From Candidatus Latescibacterota bacterium (GTDB taxonomy: Bacteria; Latescibacterota; UBA2968; UBA8231): 64,000 nucleotides of DNA. Each line of letters starts with the position of its first letter. Within the stretch, counting starts at the first letter, position 1. The DNA is taken from NCBI GenBank assembly GCA_965248355.1, contig OZ252098.1:1760001-1824000 (forward strand), in the 5' to 3' direction. The translations under genes and the position numbers were made by a program. Positions 9,263 to 19,624 of the stretch are shown in pieces. The notes under the pieces were generated by a model. It did no database searches. It was not told where the DNA came from and was given only the letters and a program-made list of their open reading frames with translations.

Positions 9263-10559
9263 GGCACTGCGCAGAAATAAACGCTGTTCTTTCTGATAGA
9301 AAGGTGTTATCCTTGACGGGTGGACACGGAAAGCACCCTGCGGGCGAAATACGAAGCCTTGACGCCGGTGTTGAACGAGCGCACGCGACGCTTGTGGGCC
9401 GCGTCGGAGGCGCAAGCCCTGGGACATGGCGGCATTGCGGTGGTGGCCCGTGCGACGGGCCTGTCGCGGACCCGGATCGCTCGCGGCCTGCAGGAACTGC
9501 GGTCGGACGCCCCGTTGGACTCCGGCCGTGTGCGTCGGCCGGGCGGCGGCCGCAAGCGGCGCGTCGACACCGACGTGACGCTGTTGTCGGACCTCAACGC
9601 CCTGCTCGAGCCGGTCACCGCCGGGGCGCCGGACGACAGCCCCTTGCGATGGACGTCGAAGAGCGTCCGCAAGTTGGCGGTCGAGTTGCAGGCCCTGGGC
9701 CATTCGGTGAGTCCTGGCCTCGTCCACGGACTGTTGCACGAGCTCGGCTACACGCTGCAGGCGAATCGCAAGACGAAAGAAGGCACGCAACACCCGGATC
9801 GGGACGCCCCGTTTCACTACCTCCACGACCAGGTCCGAAGGGCCCAGGCCCAAGGCCAGCCGGTCATTTCGGTGGACACCAAGAAGAAGGAGCTGATCGG
9901 CGACTTCAAGAACGTGGGTCGCCAATGGCGTCCGAAGGGCGAGCCGGAGCGCGTGAAGGTCCACGACTTCATCATCCCGGCCCAGGGCCAGGCGATTCCC
10001 TACGGGGTCTACGACCTGGGCCGCAACGAGGGCTGGGTCAGCGTCGGCGTCGACCACGACACCGCCCACTTCGCGGTGAACGCCATCCGCAGCTGGTGGA
10101 AACGCATGGGTCGTCCGGCCTACCCGGCGGCCTCGCACCTGTGGATCACGGCCGATGCGGGGGGCCGCAACGGTCCGAGACTGCGGCTGTGGAAATGGGA
10201 ATGGCAGCGCTTGGCCGATCGCACGGGCCTGACGATCACGGTCTGCCACTATCCTCCGGGCACGAGCAAGTGGAACCGCATCGAGCATCGCCTGTTCTCC
10301 TATATCGCCATGAACTGGCGAGGCCAACCTCTGGTCAGTCTGGCCACGGTGGTCAACCTGATCGGCCGGACGACAACGAAGAAAGGGCTTCGCGTGCGCG
10401 CCGAGATCGACAAGCGAGCGTATCCCAAGGCCGTGGTCGTCAAGGACGAGCAAATGGAGCGGATCCATCTCTCGCCCCATGCGTTCCACGGGGATTGGAA
10501 CTACACGATCCGGCCGGCCACTGAGGGTTGAAGTGAATCATCTGTTTCGGGACAAAGCC
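9263..10559 (+). mobile_element. ISAzo13-family insertion sequence
   Basis: Imperfect IRs GGCACTGCGCAGAAATA / TGTTTCGGGACAAAGCC, flanked by TA at 9261-2 and 10560-1; encloses transposase. Confidence 0.8.
9320..10531 (+). CDS. ISAzo13-family (Rhodopirellula-type) DDE transposase
   Basis: LNERTRRLWAASEA, ISVDTKKKELIG, ITADAGG, PPGTSKWNRIEHRLFS, FHGDWNY. Confidence 0.93.
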   Translation: MDTESTLRAKYEALTPVLNERTRRLWAASEAQALGHGGIAVVARATGLSRTRIARGLQELRSDAPLDSGRVRRPGGGRKRRVDTDVTLLSDLNALLEPVTAGAPDDSPLRWTSKSVRKLAVELQALGHSVSPGLVHGLLHELGYTLQANRKTKEGTQHPDRDAPFHYLHDQVRRAQAQGQPVISVDTKKKELIGDFKNVGRQWRPKGEPERVKVHDFIIPAQGQAIPYGVYDLGRNEGWVSVGVDHDTAHFAVNAIRSWWKRMGRPAYPAASHLWITADAGGRNGPRLRLWKWEWQRLADRTGLTITVCHYPPGTSKWNRIEHRLFSYIAMNWRGQPLVSLATVVNLIGRTTTKKGLRVRAEIDKRAYPKAVVVKDEQMERIHLSPHAFHGDWNYTIRPATEG

Positions 10560-10587
10560 TAATGACGATGACTCGTACAAGTGAGCA

Positions 10588-11778
10588 CTAGCGCGCCAGC
10601 CCATACCCCCCGGTCACGCCGCTGGGTGACAGGACGAGTTGCCACACTTGGTTCACCCGCGCCCGGAAGGTTCCGGCACAGGCGAGCAGGTAGTAGCGCC
10701 ACATGCGTCGGAACCGCTCGTCGTACGTGGGAATCTCGTCCCAGCGGGGTTCGAGGTTGGCATTCCAGGCCATGAGCGTTGGATCGTAATTCGCGCCGAT
10801 ATTATGCCAATCCTCAAGCACGAACACGCCTTCTGTCGCCTCGGCGATCTGCCGTACGGAGGGCAGCTGCGCGTTCGGAAAGATGTAACGGTCCATCCAC
10901 ACGTCGCCGGGCAGCTTCGAACGGTTGCTGCCGATGGTGTGCAGGAGGAACAGCCCTTCCGGGCCGAGGCACCGGCGCACGGTCCGCATGAAGACAGGGT
11001 AGTTTCGAACACCCACGTGCTCGAACATTCCCACGGACAACACGCGGTCGAAGGGCTCGTTCAGCTCGCGGTAGTCCTGAAGCCGGATCTCCACGGGCAG
11101 ATGGTCGCAGCGGCTGCTTGCGTGCTCGGCCTGGTCCCGTGACACGGTAACGCCCACACCTTCGACGCCGTAACGCTCGGCGGCATACTGCAGCGTGCCC
11201 CCCCACCCGCAGCCGATGTCGAGCACCCTCATCCCCGGCTGCAGCCCCAGCTTCCGGCAGATGAGGTCGAGCTTGGCCTCTTGCGCCGCGTGGAGATCAT
11301 CCACGCCCTCCCAGTACGCGCAACTGTAGATCATGCGCTGGTCGAGCATGCGCCGGAAGAGATCCTCGCCGATGTCGTAGTGGCGCTGGCCCACCTGGAA
11401 GGCCCGCGAGACGCTCTGCAGGTTGACGAGGGAGGCCCGCAGGGTGGCCCCGAGCCGCCCTCCGCCGCCGACGCGCCGCTGCACCCCTCCCCGCAGGATC
11501 CGGTGAGTCATCTCGTCCAGGCGGCGGCAGTCCCACCAGCCATCCATGTAGCTCTCGCCCAGGCCCAGGGAGCCCGAGCGCAGTACTCGGCCGTAGAACC
11601 GGTCGTCACGCACGTGCAGGTCCCAGTCCCGCTCACCGTCGACCCCGACCCCGACGGCGGACAGCAGCCGGAGCACGTGTTGGCGCGGGCTGAGATGCGA
11701 GAGGAGGGACCTCGGCGGACTCGAGCTCCCTCCGGTTGGGGCTTGCTCGGAGAGGGACTTGGACTCGTGAGGACTCAT
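10588..11778 (-). CDS. cfa: Cyclopropane-fatty-acyl-phospholipid synthase
   Basis: SLGLGESYMDGWW, HYDIG, YSCAYW, LDIGCGWG, SVGMFEHVG, RMWRYYL; start approximate. Confidence 0.92.
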   Translation of the reverse strand: MSPHESKSLSEQAPTGGSSSPPRSLLSHLSPRQHVLRLLSAVGVGVDGERDWDLHVRDDRFYGRVLRSGSLGLGESYMDGWWDCRRLDEMTHRILRGGVQRRVGGGGRLGATLRASLVNLQSVSRAFQVGQRHYDIGEDLFRRMLDQRMIYSCAYWEGVDDLHAAQEAKLDLICRKLGLQPGMRVLDIGCGWGGTLQYAAERYGVEGVGVTVSRDQAEHASSRCDHLPVEIRLQDYRELNEPFDRVLSVGMFEHVGVRNYPVFMRTVRRCLGPEGLFLLHTIGSNRSKLPGDVWMDRYIFPNAQLPSVRQIAEATEGVFVLEDWHNIGANYDPTLMAWNANLEPRWDEIPTYDERFRRMWRYYLLACAGTFRARVNQVWQLVLSPSGVTGGYGLAR

Positions 11779-11887
11779 GGCGGGTAGGACGGATCTGGCA
11801 AGTCGAACAGGTCGGGCATCTCGTTGCGCCGGCCGCCCCCACTCCCGCGCGCCAGCCATCTGATTCTGTCGAGCTGAGCGCCGGCCG

Positions 11888-12787
11888 TCAAGGCTGCACG
11901 GAGACTGCGGGCATGGAGGGTCCGTAGAGCAGCGCAAAGCTGAGCGCCGCCCACAGCACCAGCGTGAGCTGCAGGGGCCGGTCGCGCCACAACAGGGCCG
12001 TAGGATCGCCCCCCGCCTCGCGAGAGTGCACGAGGTAGAGATAGCGCAGCACGCCGTAGAGGACGAAGGGGATCGTCCATTGCATCCAGCGGCTGGCGGA
12101 GAGGCCGCCCTCGCCGACCCCCGTGGCGTACAGGGCGTAGCAGACGATGGTCGCCGACGCGAGCACGCTGATGACCTGGTCCAGAAAAGGGATCTCGTAC
12201 GCCGCCAGGGCCGGCCGGTGCTCCGCCGCCCCTTCCCGCAACTGCTGGAGCTCGCCGCGGCGCTTGGCGGCGGCCAGGAACAGGGTGAGGGTGAAGGTGC
12301 ACAGGATGAACCAGGTGGAGATGGCCACGTCGATGGCCACCGCCCCGCCTATGGCACGCAGGAAGAACCCGGCAGCCACCATCAGGATGTCGACCAGGAA
12401 GGCGTGCTTGAGTCCGAAGGAGTAGGCCAGGTTGAGCGCCGCGTAGGTTGCGAGGATGCCGGCGAAGGCTGGTTGCAGGAACCAGGAGGCGCCCAGACCG
12501 AGGATCATCAGCAGGATGGCCGTCGCCGAGGCCACCCGGACCGGCAGGACACCGCAGGCCACCGGCCGCTGGGACTTCTCGGGATGCAGACGGTCCTGCC
12601 GCGCGTCGGCCACGTCGTTGATCAGGTATACGGCGGCGCTGGTGACCACAAAAGCTCCGGTGGCGGCCAGGGCCGTGAGCGCGTATTCGACGTCGAGGAA
12701 ATGCCCGGAGAACACCAGGGCGGCGAGAACGAACACGTTCTTCACCCACTGCCGGGGCCGGGTGGAGCGGACCAGCTGCGAGATCAC
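11888..12787 (-). CDS. UbiA-family prenyltransferase (decaprenyl-phosphate phosphoribosyltransferase-like)
   Basis: RPRQWVKN, YLINDVAD...DRLHPEK..RP, KRRGE, GGDPT; multiple TM segments; GTG start inferred. Confidence 0.85.
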   Translation of the reverse strand: MISQLVRSTRPRQWVKNVFVLAALVFSGHFLDVEYALTALAATGAFVVTSAAVYLINDVADARQDRLHPEKSQRPVACGVLPVRVASATAILLMILGLGASWFLQPAFAGILATYAALNLAYSFGLKHAFLVDILMVAAGFFLRAIGGAVAIDVAISTWFILCTFTLTLFLAAAKRRGELQQLREGAAEHRPALAAYEIPFLDQVISVLASATIVCYALYATGVGEGGLSASRWMQWTIPFVLYGVLRYLYLVHSREAGGDPTALLWRDRPLQLTLVLWAALSFALLYGPSMPAVSVQP

Positions 12788-13008
12788 GGTGAGAGCGCCG
12801 CCGGCCGCCCTCTTCGGAGGCCTGACCGGCTCTCCGTCGTGGCATGGCACACCCCGGCCTGAAGGCCACCCGTCAGACTGCTGTCGCTTGGTTCGCTCAT
12901 GGCCTTGCTGGGATGTCGCCAGGAGGCTTCCAGGCCCTCCACAGCGCCAGAAAAAAGGCGACGCGGCATGCCGCATCGCCCGATGACCGCCGAAGCTCAC
13001 GCTCCCGG

Positions 13009-13569
13009 TCAGACTTCCATGATGTCCGCCTCTTTGTTACTGATGATCTCGTCGACCTTCTTGACGTACTCATCGGTGAGGGTTTGAATCCGGCCGTGAC
13101 CCTGCCGGGCCTCGTCCTCCGAGATCTCCCCCTCTTTCTTGGCGTCGTCGATCAGGTCCAGTCCGTCCCGCCGCGCGTGGCGCACCCCGACACGCCCTTC
13201 TTCGGCCCGGTTTCGAGCTACCCGGGTCAACTGGATCCGACGCTCCTCGGTCAGCTCCGGGATGGGCAGGCGGATGATCTGGCCGTCGTTGCTGGGATTG
13301 AGGCCCAGGGTCGGCTCGGCGCGAATCGCCTTTTCCACGGGGGCGATCAGGTCCTGCTCGTAGGGTCGAACCGTGAGCAGGCGGGGCTCCGGGGCGCTGA
13401 TGGAGGCGAGCTGATTGAGCGGTGTCGGAGCGCCGTAGTAGTCGATTCGAATCCCGTCCAGAAGGGAGGCGGTGGCCCGCCCCGTCCGGATGGCGGTGAA
13501 ATCCCGCAACAGGGCCTCGACGGCTTTCTCCATCGCCTGCAGGACCTCGTCGAAGATCTCTTCTAGCAT
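13009..13569 (-). CDS. frr: Ribosome recycling factor
   Basis: IRTGRA, YYGAPTPLNQLA, LGLNPSNDG, PELTEERR. Confidence 0.96.
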   Translation of the reverse strand: MLEEIFDEVLQAMEKAVEALLRDFTAIRTGRATASLLDGIRIDYYGAPTPLNQLASISAPEPRLLTVRPYEQDLIAPVEKAIRAEPTLGLNPSNDGQIIRLPIPELTEERRIQLTRVARNRAEEGRVGVRHARRDGLDLIDDAKKEGEISEDEARQGHGRIQTLTDEYVKKVDEIISNKEADIMEV

Positions 13570-13630
13570 GAAGCCAACAATCCCCACCCGGGGCCGAACT
13601 CATCCGACCCGCCGACGGGCGGGCCCCACC

Positions 13631-14230
13631 TCAATCCTCTCCCAGACGAAAGCAGGCGAATCTCCGGATGGTGATCTTTTCCCCGATCTTGGCCGTCTGC
13701 TCGGTAACCAGATCACCGATGGTCTTGTCCGGATCCTTGACGAAGGCCTGCTCCATCAGGCAGACATCCTGGAAGAACTTGTCCAGCCGACCGGTGACGA
13801 TCCTCTCTGCGATCCTCTCGGGCTTGCCCTCGTTCCTCGCCTGCTCGAGGTAGATCCCCTTCTCCCTATCGACCACGGCCTGGTCGATCTCCTCTCGGCT
13901 CACGGCCAGAGGCTGCTCGGCGGCGATGTGCATGGCCACGTCCCGGGAGAACGCCTGGAAGTCGTCGGTGCGGGCCACGAAGTCGGTCTCGCAGTTGACC
14001 TCAAGAAGCACGCCGAGCCGGTTGCCGGGGTGGATGTACGAGCTGATCAGGCCGTCACTGGCCTCGCGGCCCGAGCGTTTCTCCACGGCTGCCATGCCCT
14101 GCTTCCGCAGGTAGTCCACCGCCTTCTCCATGTCTCCGGCGGTCTCCTGCAGGGCCTTCTTGCAGTCCATCATTCCGATGCCGGTACGCTTGCGCAACTC
14201 GCGCACCCTGGCGGCGGTGATCTCAGCCAC
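13631..14230 (-). CDS. tsf: Elongation factor Ts (short form)
   Basis: LRKRTGIGMMDCKKAL, EVNCETDFVA. Confidence 0.97.
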   Translation of the reverse strand: MAEITAARVRELRKRTGIGMMDCKKALQETAGDMEKAVDYLRKQGMAAVEKRSGREASDGLISSYIHPGNRLGVLLEVNCETDFVARTDDFQAFSRDVAMHIAAEQPLAVSREEIDQAVVDREKGIYLEQARNEGKPERIAERIVTGRLDKFFQDVCLMEQAFVKDPDKTIGDLVTEQTAKIGEKITIRRFACFRLGED

Positions 14231-14268
14231 GGTTGTTCCTGCCTCCCTTCCCGGTCTCCAGTGGCCGC

Positions 14269-15027
14269 TCAGGCAGAGGTCGAGACCTCAACCGGGGTGA
14301 CGGCCGGCTCGTCTTCTTCGGTACGGGCTCCCCGGCCCTTGTCCGCGGCTGCGCTTCCTTCGATCACTGCGTCCGCTACAGCGCGCGTGATCAACTCGAT
14401 CGATCGTATGGCGTCGTCGTTTCCCGGCACCGGGTAGGTCACCGGCTCCGGGTCGCAGTTGGTGTCGACAATCGCCACCGAGGGCACGCCGAGCTTGCGA
14501 GCCTCGGACATGGCCAGCCGCTCCTTGCGGATATCGACGATGTAGATGAGCCCCGGGATGCCGTTCATCTTGCGGATCCCTTCGAGGGTCTTGACCATCC
14601 GCGTCCGCTCCTTCTCCAGGAGCAGAACTTCCTTCTTCTTGAGCTTCTCGTAGGTGCCGTCGCTGGCGATGCGGTCGAGATGGTCCAGGTGGCGGATATT
14701 CTGCCGGATCGTCTGCCAGTTGGTCAGCATGCCCCCCAGCCAGCGCTCGGTCACGTAGAACATGCCGCAGCGCTCGGCCTCTGCCCGGATGACGTCCACG
14801 GCCTGCTTCTTGGTGCCTACGAAGAGCACCGCCCGGCCCTGTTGCGCCGTGCGGCGCACCGCATCGGTGGCCTCCTGCAGACGTTTCAGGGTCTTGTTGA
14901 GATCGACGAGGTGGATGCCGTTGCGCTCGGTGAAGATGAAGGGCTTCATCTTCGGATCCCAGCGGCGGGTCTGATGGCCGAAATGGGTGCCTGCCTCGAT
15001 CAGATCACGGAGGCTCACTTCTGTCAT
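14269..15027 (-). CDS. rpsB: 30S ribosomal protein S2
   Basis: AGTHFGHQTRRWDPKM, RWLGGMLTN, PGNDDAIRS. Confidence 0.97.
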   Translation of the reverse strand: MTEVSLRDLIEAGTHFGHQTRRWDPKMKPFIFTERNGIHLVDLNKTLKRLQEATDAVRRTAQQGRAVLFVGTKKQAVDVIRAEAERCGMFYVTERWLGGMLTNWQTIRQNIRHLDHLDRIASDGTYEKLKKKEVLLLEKERTRMVKTLEGIRKMNGIPGLIYIVDIRKERLAMSEARKLGVPSVAIVDTNCDPEPVTYPVPGNDDAIRSIELITRAVADAVIEGSAAADKGRGARTEEDEPAVTPVEVSTSA

Positions 15028-15083
15028 GGAGGAGTCGTCTCCTGAGGAACTGGTTGAGGCTTCCACCCGGCTTGCGGCGGCGC

Positions 15084-15479
15084 CTATCGCTTGGAGAATT
15101 GGAAGCGCTTCCGGGCGCCGGCCAGCCCGTACTTCTTGCGCTCCTTCTCACGGGGGTCGCGCGTCAGGAAGCCGGCCTTCTTCAGCGTCGTCCGCATGGC
15201 TGGGTCGTAGGCGACCAGGGCACGGGCGATTCCGAGGGACATGGCTCCCGCCTGGCCGCGCAGGCCGCCGCCCTGGCTGCTGATGTGGATGTCGAACTTG
15301 TCTCGGGACTCGGTCACCTGCAACGGCTGAACCATGATCATCTCGAGGGCGTCGCGACGCAGGTAGTCCTCGACGCTGCGGCCGTTGATGAAGATCTGCC
15401 CCGCCCCCGGGCGCATCCGCACTCTCGCCACCGAGGTCTTGCGGCGTCCTGTCGCTTCGAACCTGTGCTCTTCAGCCAT
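15084..15479 (-). CDS. rpsI: 30S ribosomal protein S9
   Basis: TGRRKTSVARV, ERKKYGLAGARKRFQFSKR. Confidence 0.97.
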   Translation of the reverse strand: MAEEHRFEATGRRKTSVARVRMRPGAGQIFINGRSVEDYLRRDALEMIMVQPLQVTESRDKFDIHISSQGGGLRGQAGAMSLGIARALVAYDPAMRTTLKKAGFLTRDPREKERKKYGLAGARKRFQFSKR

Positions 15480-15506
15480 GATTCCTTTCGGGCCTTCGAC
15501 CTCTTC

Positions 15507-15941
15507 TCACAGGTCGAGCGCTTCGGGGTTCTGGGCTGCCTGGCCGTGCTCGCCGGCGGCGTAGATCCGCAGCTTTCTGAACATGCTGCGCCCGAGGGGC
15601 GTGTTGGGCAACATGCCCTTGACGGCCGTGCGCAAGATGCGCTCGGGGTGCTTCTCCATCATCTGGCCGAAGCTGGTCTTGCGGATCCCGCCGGGGTACC
15701 CGGTGTGCCGGTAATAGACCTTCTGCTCGGCCTTGTTCCCCGTGACCCGGATCTTGCCGGCGTTGATGACCACGATGTGGTCCCCCATGTCGAGATGCGG
15801 CGTATAGGTGGGCTTGTGCTTTCCGCGCAGGACGTGAGCGATCCGGGTCGCCAGTCGTCCCAGGGTCTTGCCCTCGGCATCGACCAGGTACCAGCGGCGT
15901 TCGATGTCGGCCCCTCTCGGGGTATAGGTCCGTGTCGTCAA
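15507..15941 (-). CDS. rplM: 50S ribosomal protein L13
   Basis: LGRLAT...[22 protein letters not shown] start after AAGGTGAG. Confidence 0.96.
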   Translation of the reverse strand: MTTRTYTPRGADIERRWYLVDAEGKTLGRLATRIAHVLRGKHKPTYTPHLDMGDHIVVINAGKIRVTGNKAEQKVYYRHTGYPGGIRKTSFGQMMEKHPERILRTAVKGMLPNTPLGRSMFRKLRIYAAGEHGQAAQNPEALDL

Positions 15942-16018
15942 TCCGAACTCACCTTGCATGGCCGGGCATTCGAGGGCCCGCGCGACACCGCCGTGGGCCA
16001 ACTCGGAAGGAACAGGTA

Positions 16019-16047
16019 AAACTATTCTTCCCGGCTCCGATTGTCAA
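16019..16047 (-). promoter_or_regulatory. Putative sigma70 promoter of rplM operon
   Basis: Minus strand TTGACA-17bp-TAGTTT. Confidence 0.6.
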
Positions 16048-16667
16048 TTGATGGGCCGGCGACCGAGCCACACCCGAACCCCGATGGCGACCGCGGCGAC
16101 CGCCAGCAGGGCGGTGACCCACCGGTTGTAGTGCGCCAGCAGCTCCGAGACTCGATCCCAGTTCTCCCCGAGGGCCATCCCCCCATACAGGAGCAGGCCG
16201 TTCCACAAGGCGATGCTCAAGAAGCCCAGTCCGGCCACCGGGAGCCAGCCCAGTCCCCCGAGCCCTGCGCTCAGAGCGATCACGGATCGCACGCCGCTGA
16301 GAAAGCGGTTGCCGAGCACGAGCCAGGCGCCGTAGCGCTGCAGCCAGGCTTCGGCCCGTTGCAGGCGCCGTTCCGGAAACACCTTGGCGCGCCAGCCGCC
16401 GCCTCGGAGAAATCCGCGTCCCTGCGACCTGCCGATGGCGTACATGACCAGGAATCCCGCCATTCCGCCCAGGCAGGTCGCGGCGTAGACAGGAATCCAG
16501 GCGAGCACCCCCCGACCGGCCAGATATGCGGAGAACAGCACCACCATGTCCCCTGGCACCGGGGGCAGGACGTTCTCGAGGAAGGCGCTCAGAGCAAGGA
16601 CGGCGTAGGCCCATGGCGGCGGCAGCTCCCCGATCCGCTGCACGAGCTGCTCGAACCCGTCGCCCAC
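16044..16667 (-). CDS. DedA-family membrane protein
   Basis: FLENVLPPVPGD, YAIGR, NRFLSGVR; C-terminal part of ORF 16044..17474, GTG start inferred. Confidence 0.87.
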   Translation of the reverse strand: MGDGFEQLVQRIGELPPPWAYAVLALSAFLENVLPPVPGDMVVLFSAYLAGRGVLAWIPVYAATCLGGMAGFLVMYAIGRSQGRGFLRGGGWRAKVFPERRLQRAEAWLQRYGAWLVLGNRFLSGVRSVIALSAGLGGLGWLPVAGLGFLSIALWNGLLLYGGMALGENWDRVSELLAHYNRWVTALLAVAAVAIGVRVWLGRRPIN

Positions 16668-16669
16668 GA

Positions 16670-17800
16670 TCAGACCCGCACCGAAGCCACGGCCTGGGCC
16701 GCAATCCCCTCCTGCCGGCCAACGAAACCGAGACGCTCGGTGGTCGTCGCCTTGACGCTGATCCGGTCGGGACCGATCCCGAGGGCGCCGGCGAGGGCCT
16801 CGGCCATCGCCCCGGCGTAGGGCGCCAGCTTCGGCGCCTGGGCCATGACCACTGCGTCCACGTTGATCACCTCCGCCCGCACGGCCCGCAGGCGGTCGCG
16901 AACCCTCGCGAGCAGGACGAGGCTGGAGATGCCCTCGTACTCCGGATCGTCGTCGGGGAACAAGCGCCCGATGTCCCCCAGGCCGGCGGCCCCCAGCAGC
17001 GCGTCGATGACGGCATGGGCGAGGACGTCCGCGTCCGAGTGCCCGGCGAGGCCGCGGTCGGCGGGGATGCGGACTCCGCCGAGGATCAGAGGCCGGCCGG
17101 AGGCGAAGGCGTGGACGTCGTAGCCGATACCTGCACGCACCTCCGCGAGGGTCCGCAGATCCGCCGGATGGGTGATCTTCACGTTGTCCGGCTCTCCTCT
17201 CACCATGCGCACCGGGATCCCGGCCCGCTCCAGCATGGAGGCTTCGTCCGTCGATGGCGTGCCCGGCGCGGGGGACTGAAAGGCCGCTCCAAGGAGGACG
17301 CGACGGAATCCCTGCGGGGTCTGCGCCCGGTAGAGCCGGCTGCGGTCTGGCGACTCGATGACCCAATCTCCCTCGACCACCTTGATCGTCTCGGTCACTG
17401 GCAGGGCCGGCACGGCCGCCCCGTGCACGGCCGCCGCCTCCACCACGCGCTCGATCAGATCCATCGAGACCCATGGCCGTACGGCGTCGTGCACGAGCAC
17501 GAGCTCCTCGTCGGCGAGGGCCCGCAGCCCCGCCCGCACCGAGTCCGAGCGCGTGGCACCGCCGGCGACCGGAGCCTGGAGCTTGTCGAAGAAAGGGTCA
17601 GCGGCGACCTGCCGGAAGCGCTCCTCGTCGTCGGCATGGATGGCCACGATGATCCGCCCGATCCGGGGGCAGGCCTGCAGGCGCGCCAGGGTGTGCCACA
17701 GCACGGGACGGCCTCCGAGGGGCCTGTACTGTTTGGCCGGGCCTTCACCCATGCGTATCCCGCGGCCCGCGGCGGGCACGATGACAGCAGCAGTCGGCAT
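16670..17800 (-). CDS. ispDF: Bifunctional IspD/IspF
   Basis: [26 protein letters not shown]; then [24 protein letters not shown]. Confidence 0.94.
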   Translation of the reverse strand: MPTAAVIVPAAGRGIRMGEGPAKQYRPLGGRPVLWHTLARLQACPRIGRIIVAIHADDEERFRQVAADPFFDKLQAPVAGGATRSDSVRAGLRALADEELVLVHDAVRPWVSMDLIERVVEAAAVHGAAVPALPVTETIKVVEGDWVIESPDRSRLYRAQTPQGFRRVLLGAAFQSPAPGTPSTDEASMLERAGIPVRMVRGEPDNVKITHPADLRTLAEVRAGIGYDVHAFASGRPLILGGVRIPADRGLAGHSDADVLAHAVIDALLGAAGLGDIGRLFPDDDPEYEGISSLVLLARVRDRLRAVRAEVINVDAVVMAQAPKLAPYAGAMAEALAGALGIGPDRISVKATTTERLGFVGRQEGIAAQAVASVRV

Positions 17801-17801
17801 G

Positions 17802-18887
17802 TCAGACAATGAACATGGCGTCGCCGTAACTGTGGAACCGGTAGCGTCTGCGGATCGCCTCCTCGTAGGCGGCCAGCAGCCTCTCACGACCGGCGAAGGC
17901 GGCGACCAGCATCAGCAGGCTGGACCTGGGTCGATGGAAGTTCGTGATCATCGCGTCCACGGCCTGGAAGGCGTGCGGGGGATGGATGAGGAGGTCGGTC
18001 CAGCCCTCTCCAGCCTGAAGACCCCGGCCATCCCAGGCGGATTCCAGAACCCGCACGGTGGTGGTGCCGACGGCGATCAGGCGGCCCCCGGCTTGCCGGC
18101 GCCGGTTGATCTCCTCCGAGACGGCGGCCGGCAGGCGGTAGTACTCCGCTGCCAGGCGATGGTGCCGCGGGTCGGAGGCGCGGATGGTCTCGAAGGTCCC
18201 GGGGCCGACGTGGAGGACCAGGTGCGCCACCGCCACGCCCAGGGAGCGGATGCGGCTCAGGAGCTCATCGGTGAAGTGCAGGCCGGCGGTGGGTGCGGCG
18301 ATGGAGCCGGAATCGCGGGCGAAGACGGTCTGGTACCGCTCCCCGTCCAGTGGCTCGGTGTCCCGTCGAATGTAGGGGGGCAACGGAATCTCGCCGGCCC
18401 TCTCCATCAGCGGCAGGAGGGCCCCAAACCCGGTGGGATCGTCCTCGGGCGCCGGTCCCTCGGGCAAGGGGAGACGCACGCGGATCCGATCCTCGACCCG
18501 CTCCACCACCTCCAGGGAATCCTCGGACCTTTCGAGGTCGATGCGATCCCCCGGCGCCAGTCCCCGCAGGGGCCGGGCCATGGCCAGCCACACCTCTCCC
18601 TCTCGACCCAGCAGCAGAATCTGAACGCGCCCCCCCGTCCGGGCCTTGCGCCCGCGGAGCCGGGCCGGCACCACCCGGCTCTGATTGAGGACGAGGATGT
18701 CTCCGCGGCGCAGCAGGCCGGGAACCTGACGGAACAGGAGGTGACGCCGTGAGTCCCCGGCCCGATCCATCGCCAAGAGGCGGGATTCGTCTCGACGGGA
18801 GGAGGGGTACTGGGCGACGAGCCCCTCGGGCAGGTCGAAGTCGAGGTCTTCGAGTCGCATGGGGGCCTTGGTCGAGGGTTGCGGCAA
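17802..18887 (-). CDS. queA: S-adenosylmethionine:tRNA ribosyltransferase-isomerase
   Basis: [44 protein letters not shown]. Confidence 0.95.
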   Translation of the reverse strand: MPQPSTKAPMRLEDLDFDLPEGLVAQYPSSRRDESRLLAMDRAGDSRRHLLFRQVPGLLRRGDILVLNQSRVVPARLRGRKARTGGRVQILLLGREGEVWLAMARPLRGLAPGDRIDLERSEDSLEVVERVEDRIRVRLPLPEGPAPEDDPTGFGALLPLMERAGEIPLPPYIRRDTEPLDGERYQTVFARDSGSIAAPTAGLHFTDELLSRIRSLGVAVAHLVLHVGPGTFETIRASDPRHHRLAAEYYRLPAAVSEEINRRRQAGGRLIAVGTTTVRVLESAWDGRGLQAGEGWTDLLIHPPHAFQAVDAMITNFHRPRSSLLMLVAAFAGRERLLAAYEEAIRRRYRFHSYGDAMFIV

Positions 18888-18903
18888 GCTACTGGCTCCG
18901 TCG

Positions 18904-19593
18904 TTACGAGCGGGCGTGGCGGAAGATCGTGCTCAGGATCTTCCATCCCGCCCGGACAGTCCCCGTCAAGGTCCCCGTGACCTTCGAGGCACCGGCCAGT
19001 CGACGCCGGTAGCTTACGGGCACCTCGACGGCCGCCACACCCAGGCGCGCCGCCTTGACCTGCATCTCCACGGTCCAGCCGAAGTCACGGTCGACCATCC
19101 GGATGGCCTCGAGAGCCTCTCGCCGGATGGCCCGAAAGGGCCCAAGATCGGTGTACGATACCCCGTAGAGGTGCTTGATCAAGGCGGTGGCCAAGGCGTT
19201 GCCGAAGCGGGCCTGGGGCAGCATCGCCCCGCGCTCCCGCTGCCCGAGGACCCGTGAGCCGATGACGAGCTCGGCCCGGCCCGCCTGCAGTGGCTCGAGG
19301 AGATCCACCATCTCTCCGGGGAAGTCGCTGTAGTCCCCGTCGAGGAATACGACGATCTCCGTCTCGGGCCGCAGTGCGGCGATGCCGGTCAGACAGGCCT
19401 GACCGTATCCGCTGCGAGGTTCGTGGACCACGCGGGCCCCCCACTCGGCGGCTCTCTGCGCGGTGGCATCCCTCGATCCGTTGTCCACGACGATGATGTC
19501 GTCGGGGATCCCCGGAGGGATGTCGTCCAGAACGCGAACGATGGCGTCCTGCTCGTTGCGGGCGGGAATGATGACCGCGACCTTGCCCGGCAC
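18904..19593 (-). CDS. Glycosyltransferase family 2
   Basis: IIPARNE, VVDNGSRD, FLDGD, DLGPFRAIR, GWTVEMQ. Confidence 0.9.
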   Translation of the reverse strand: MPGKVAVIIPARNEQDAIVRVLDDIPPGIPDDIIVVDNGSRDATAQRAAEWGARVVHEPRSGYGQACLTGIAALRPETEIVVFLDGDYSDFPGEMVDLLEPLQAGRAELVIGSRVLGQRERGAMLPQARFGNALATALIKHLYGVSYTDLGPFRAIRREALEAIRMVDRDFGWTVEMQVKAARLGVAAVEVPVSYRRRLAGASKVTGTLTGTVRAGWKILSTIFRHARS

Positions 19594-19624
19594 GGGAAGA
19601 TCGCCGGCGCCTGGAGGCGCCCTG

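Larger units (their letters stand above)
8505..10588 (-). mobile_element. Degenerate IS630-family insertion sequence, interrupted by an ISAzo13-family element
   Basis: Imperfect terminal IRs (8502 CTAGTGCTTACCTGCACAATTCAGCGT vs reverse complement ending 10591 CTAGTGCTCACTTGTACGAGTCATCGT, 21/27 identical); flanking TA at 8503-4 and 10589-90. Confidence 0.8.

Noticed and set aside
8360..12000. Integrative element at tRNA-Ala
   Set aside because: No integrase and no duplicated tRNA 3' end noticed; only IS elements are present
16670..17800. IspD-IspF fusion as a novelty
   Set aside because: Well-known bifunctional arrangement in many bacteria
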